Source: Candidatus Methanophagaceae archaeon
GTDB taxonomy: Archaea > Halobacteriota > Syntropharchaeia > Alkanophagales > Methanospirareceae
Assembly (NCBI GenBank): GCA_003194425.1
Contig: PQXB01000001.1
Location: 280,444-312,443 of the forward strand
Direction: 5' to 3'
DNA: 32,000 bases
The translations under genes and the position numbers were made by a program. Shown here one piece after another: positions 30,183-32,000 of the stretch (its first letter is position 1; every line of letters begins with the position of its first letter). The notes below the pieces were generated by a model. It worked only from the letters and a program-made list of their open reading frames with translations, made no database searches and was not told the DNA's origin.

Positions 30183-32000
30183 TTCCTCATCGCTACTGCA
30201 AGCACAGCGCTCAAAACTCCGACCAAATAAAGCAGTCCTACAGCACTGAACTCCGGCACTGGCACTGGTGGCGGCGCTGCTGGTGGCGCACCCGGACCAC
30301 CAGGGTCAACGATTTTTCCGTCTCCAACAGTCTTGTCCCCTCTCTTACCTTCAACAACTTTCCGTCGTACATAAATTTGTACCAGTGGTCCGTTGGGTTG
30401 CTTAGTGTGGGTCCGTATTTCCAGTATTCCGAGCCTGCAGGCAGGTCACCAGGCAGTTCGATCGTGACCTTCACTGTTTCTCCTACTGCAAGCCCGGCTA
30501 TGTTGAATTTGAAGAACCCGTGCTTGAAGACGAGGTTCGGCTTTCCTGCTTTCTCTGTTGGCTCTGCAACCGCCACAAGATCCTCAAACCCTCCTGCGCT
30601 GGTCTTAAACTTTGCAGTTCCCGTGCCTGTGTTTGTGTCTACCGAAGCCTCTGTTGGTGGTAGTGGTTTTGTTGTTCCTCCAAAGCCAAGCAGTGTTCCT
30701 GTGTACTCGCTCTCTTGCAAATTCGCCCAGACGTAGTTCTCGGCGGTGTTAACGCCAGTGTTGCTGCACCTGTGCCACGCTCCGTCTGTGTTGTTGTAGT
30801 AGTAAAATCCCATCGTGCTCTCGTCCTTTCCCGCTACCTCTGCGTCCGTGTAGTGCATCTCAACGTAAATCGGCCAGCTCACGTTCTCTTTGTCGCTGAC
30901 TGCGACGTCAACGAATTTCTCAAGCATCTCTGCAGGCTTCTCTGCTTCCGGGTGCGGGTTCTCCTCGTAGTACGCCACGGTCGCCGTAACTTCTCCTGTT
31001 GTCGTAATTTCTACGGTTGTGCCCGATTCTGACGGACCCTCTACTGTCTCGGTCTCTCCTGCTGGAATCGTCTCGTTCTCGGTTGAGGTCGTTTTTGTGA
31101 TTGTGAAGACCGCGTCGCTCGTGTCCTCACCCGTGTTTCCTTCAACGTCCCGTGCCTCCACTTTTACGAGACTCTTGTTTGAGGTTGCAGCAGGGTTCGG
31201 CACTGTCCACGAATATTTTCCGTCGTTCGGCTCGTTCGTCGCGATTTCTGTCCAAGTGCCTGGGTTTCCGTTGTTCGTTGAGTACGAGATGTTTATCGGG
31301 TTCGCTGCCAAGTTGTGCGTTCCTTTCGCCACGCTCCATTTTATGTCGTAGACCGAGTCGCCGGGAATCTCCTCGCCTCCGTCTGGCTGCGTTACTGTCG
31401 GTGCTGGCGGCACTTCTGGAACTGTTCCAAGCGGAGCGAAGACGCAGAACTCGGTGATGTTTGCGTAAACGTAGTTTTCAGCCGTGTTCACGCCGTTTAC
31501 TCCCGAGCCGTCCGCCAGCTCCCAGTCCGCGGTGGTTTCGTTGTACTTGTAAATTCTGAGTGTCGCTTCGTCAACGCCGCCCAAGTCGCCCTCCTCGTAA
31601 CTCACGTTCAAGAAAATCCACGAGTCCCCGGTCACGTTCGTTGCGTTCACGAACTTACTGATGTTTGCCTTTCCTGCAGGGTCTGGCGGTGCAGTTCCCG
31701 TTTCCACGCCTTTCACCCCCACTCCGTTCTCGTAGTTGAACGAGACGGTTGTCGAGTAGCTGCGAAGGGCGAGGTTTTTTACGGTGTTGTTCTGCGAGCG
31801 GTTGCCTGAGTAGAAGCTGTAGTTGGTGTTGTTTGCGGCGGTGTTGTCAGTCAGCGTGTTGTTGGAATTCCCTACCTCTTCCCAGTCAGGGAACATGCAA
31901 ATCAGTGCGAATCCTTTGTCGGTGTTGTTGCAGGCTCGGTTCTCCGAGAGCGTGTTGTAGTCGCAGGCGTCGTTGAGCAGAATTCCGACCTTGTTCGCTT
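30173..32000 (-). CDS. large N-glycosylation-sequon-rich surface protein with beta-helix repeats and a PEF-CTERM sorting signal; frameshifted near the 3' end; 5' end outside window
   Basis: The frame is open to nt 32000, upstream of the tracked ATG 31896 (..ANKVGILLNDACDYNTLSENRACNNTDKGFALIC..), which looks like parallel beta-helix repeats. There are many N-x-S/T sequons. The tracked frame ends at 30238 in the nonsense-looking RVRHQQRRHQCQCRSSVL. Another frame reads VVEGKRGDKTVGDGKIVDPGGPGAPPAAPPPVPVPEFSAVGLLYLVGVLSAVLAVAMRKRE*, which is PEF + TM + basic tail. Confidence 0.75.

Noticed and set aside
1-32000. tRNA, rRNA, transposase/IS and integrase genes
   Set aside because: I scanned intergenic regions and ORF translations. 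I found no cloverleaf-compatible sequence in the short spacers, no rRNA-like stretch, no DDE or tyrosine/serine recombinase motifs, and no inverted terminal repeats flanking the AT-rich islet.

Overview
This window looks like a gene-dense archaeal (euryarchaeal-type) chromosome segment. The evidence is an archaeal-type triosephosphate isomerase, Pth2, isopentenyl phosphate kinase, archaeal phosphopantothenate synthetase, Thi4, aspartate dehydrogenase, GatA, MTAP, TrkH, a type-A RNase P RNA at about 23467-23756, and an exosortase/archaeosortase operon. Five things stand out against this housekeeping background. (1) Nearly every conserved gene carries an in-frame, G-rich short tandem repeat insertion, with periods of 6 to 21 nt that are always multiples of 3. 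The two intergenic tandem repeats have periods of 8 and 23 nt. (2) An AT-rich islet (about 10300-11010) is followed by a beta-class DNA methyltransferase fused to an Mrr-like nuclease domain. A second, diverged copy of that gene has lost exactly 999 nt (333 codons) of methyltransferase sequence. The two homologous blocks of about 405 bp form direct repeats around an OMP-decarboxylase-like gene. (3) The minus-strand genes from 18973 to 14818 appear to form one operon: HAD, TIM, Zn-ribbon, exosortase/archaeosortase, EpsI-like and CPBP protease. A likely cargo gene lies 13 kb away, and its PEF-CTERM sorting signal is readable only after a frameshift. (4) Two secreted cysteine peptidases (caspase-fold and papain-fold) share an identical 5' leader block and flank a membrane-anchored unknown. 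(5) An ArsR-family regulator sits with a 3-TM protein and a secreted LTXXQ/(GPG)7/Cys-rich protein. All calls come from manual translation and motif recognition; no database search was run.
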